A stretch of DNA of 64,000 nucleotides from positions 75,330 to 139,329 of the forward strand of contig NW_005434589.1 in the NCBI RefSeq assembly GCF_000315625.1. Reading direction: 5' to 3'. Source of the DNA: Guillardia theta CCMP2712 (lineage: Eukaryota > Protista > Cryptophyta). Both the position numbers and the translations under genes were made by a program. Of the stretch, positions 62,078 through 64,000 are shown piece after piece (within the stretch, counting starts at the first letter, position 1; each line of letters starts with the position of its first letter). A model generated the notes under the pieces. That model had not been told where the DNA came from. It ran no database searches and saw only the letters and a list, made by a program, of their open reading frames with translations.

Positions 62078-64000
62078 TTACGCCAACCTCGTCGTGTAGG
62101 CTGTCTTCAACGTCAGCAAACATGTACTCCTGCTCACCCCGCATCCCTTGCTGCTTCTTCGAACAACCTTGTCCCCCTCCTCCCCCCCCCCGAGTTCGCT
62201 CTTGCTTCTCCTCCGCCCTTTCCCTTCCCCTTTCTTAGCCTCGTCCCTACCTGCCCATCCTCGTTGCTTGTATTGCAGAGCAGCAGCTGCTGGATCAGAG
62301 GCCTGCGGATGTTTAGGAGACGGAGAGAAACGGGAGGGTCACCTTGTAGATGCCTCGCCCGACTATGATGACGTCGCTGGTCCTCTCACTGGAGCAAGAA
62401 GCAAGGAGAGTGAGAAGGCAGAAGCTGAAAGTACAAGCGGAGGAGAGAAGGGATGAGAAATGCGAGATTGAATCTGAACAATGCGAGGCAGAGTAGGCCA
62501 TCAGAGCGAGCAGAGGTGATGTCAAGAGACAAAGGTTGATGGTGGAGGGAGTAGGAGAGAGAAGAACAAAATGTCCTACCCGATGACTACCTCTGGTGTG
62601 AGGTAGCGCTGGCCGAGCGAGTCTGTTCCCTCCTCCAATTGGACGCCTAAAAAAGAAAATAAGGAAAAGGAGCCAGCTAGGAGGTGTGCAGGTGAGCGGG
62701 ATCATGAAACTTGAGGTAGAAAAGTAGACGGGAAAGCAGATTACGAGTAACGGCGTGATGATGACGATGACGACGATGAAGATGATGGTGAAGAAGAAGA
62801 TGATGGTGGTGGTGATGGTGATGATGATGGTGAGATGGTGATGATGATTGGATTGGGGTATCCACCGGGTGTCATGTGGATCATTGACGGGTCCTCGCTG
62901 AGCCGGCTGGTGCAAATGAAACCAATACACTATAGAGCGGCGCTGGTAAGTTCCTCCGCTCCCTCCTCTCCTCAGTTCAGCTCACAAAGTCTCGTCGCGC
63001 GACGGCCATCTCTACAGTCTTCTTGGTGTACTCGCCATCCGCTAGTGTCCCAGAGGAGGACATCTGACCCAGCAATAGCAGACCCCGTCCCTTGGGCTTG
63101 CCGACCTGCACTGAATTCAGTTCGCGGGAGATGGATAGGAGGAGAATGACAGAAAGGAGTTGGCGGGGAGATGGGAGGAGAGGAAGTGACCTGAGCGAGG
63201 CCGTCTATGATTCCTGGTCCAGGTACGGTATGAGCGTTTGTGATGTGCGACCAGTCGGCAATGCGGTAGACGCCCCTGCCTTTCAGTCATGCCGGCACCA
63301 AGACGAGGGTCCACCTTACCCCCCATACTGCATTGCCACGGTGTTGCCAATGTCAGCGAACTTTCTATCCTCGAAGATGAGGAACCTGCGACAAACTGAG
63401 AAGGCGGAATGAGGCAGCACGTTTGGATGGGGAGCAAAAAGCGGGCGAGGAAACATCAGGTTAGGGTAGGACGTGAGGGAGAAGCAGGCGGGAGAGACCT
63501 ATGCTTGTCTGCAATCTTCTGAAGCTCGAGGGTGAAAGCGAGAGAGAAGTCAGCGAGAACGTCCACGTGCGTCTTGAAGAGGCAGATGTGCGGGCCAACC
63601 GCCTCTGCCAGCTGCAGCACCTGCATAGAACTGGTTGACAGCGGCTGATGGGAGTCTAGAGTAGGTAAGAGGGGTCCAGAGGAGTCTAGAGGACGTAAGA
63701 GGGGTCCAGAGGAGTCTAGAGGAGGTAAAGGAGGTTACCTCAGCACAGGTGTTGACATCAGCTGCCACTGACAAGTTCGTTTGCTTGCTCTGAAGCCAGT
63801 TTCACCTCTACCACCTCCATGCTCCGCCCTCAAGCCCAAACCCTCCAGCTCTGATCTAGCCAATTCCTCACCTCCATCAGCGTCAGCAGCTCCTTTGCCA
63901 TGTTGCTGTCGGCCATTCCTGCGCGTTCGCCGTAGCTCATCTTCGCGACTGACTTCACGGGAGCAGCAGGAGCAGGGGCACTGCTTTCAAAGCGGTTGGC
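62078..64000 (-). CDS. UMPS: Orotidine-5'-phosphate decarboxylase domain, probably the 3' part of bifunctional UMP synthase; 5' partial
   Basis: [69 protein letters not shown]|AYTTRLA*. The upstream linker (MSYGERA) is typical of UMPS. Confidence 0.92.
63651..63726. repeat. 30-bp tandem repeat (GAGTCTAGAGGACGTAAGAGGGGTCCAGAG) x about 2.5, intronic
   Basis: Direct inspection. Confidence 0.8.

Overview
Gene-dense eukaryotic nuclear DNA with many very short (mostly about 40-60 nt) spliceosomal introns, microsatellite-filled longer introns, GC-rich CCGG/GGCCC promoter patches and signal-peptide plus transit-peptide presequences. This style fits a cryptophyte alga such as Guillardia theta (inferred, not verified). 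About 20 protein-coding genes were reconstructed by eye: a CNBD-ankyrin cation channel (5' partial), a KPC1/RKP-like SPRY ligase ending in a U-box, two Cys-rich surface proteins, FEN1, a Mid1/FAM155-like protein, eIF2B-alpha, Bin3/MePCE, a PDZ protein, a plastid-type SDR, CCT6, a giant PDZ + Sfi1-like repeat protein, a DJ-1/PfpI-like protein, an FGGY kinase-RPE fusion, a YfaP/DUF2135-repeat secreted protein, an ARM-like protein, MGMT, beta-tubulin, a METTL21-like methyltransferase, a C2 protein and the 3' part of UMP synthase. There are two assembly gaps and no CRISPR, rRNA or clear transposon. The most notable observations are: (1) a ubiquitin-tail-like L/IRGG motif ending the presequences of putative periplastid-targeted proteins; (2) a FEN1 whose initiator Met is replaced by a signal peptide; (3) a Mid1/NALF-type channel subunit outside fungi and animals; (4) a 693-bp (7 x 33 aa) Sfi1-like super-repeat fused to PDZ domains; (5) the kinase-epimerase fusion; (6) a non-GYG channel filter; and (7) GA-AG/GC-AG intron candidates. 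All family calls come from motif recognition, with no database searches.
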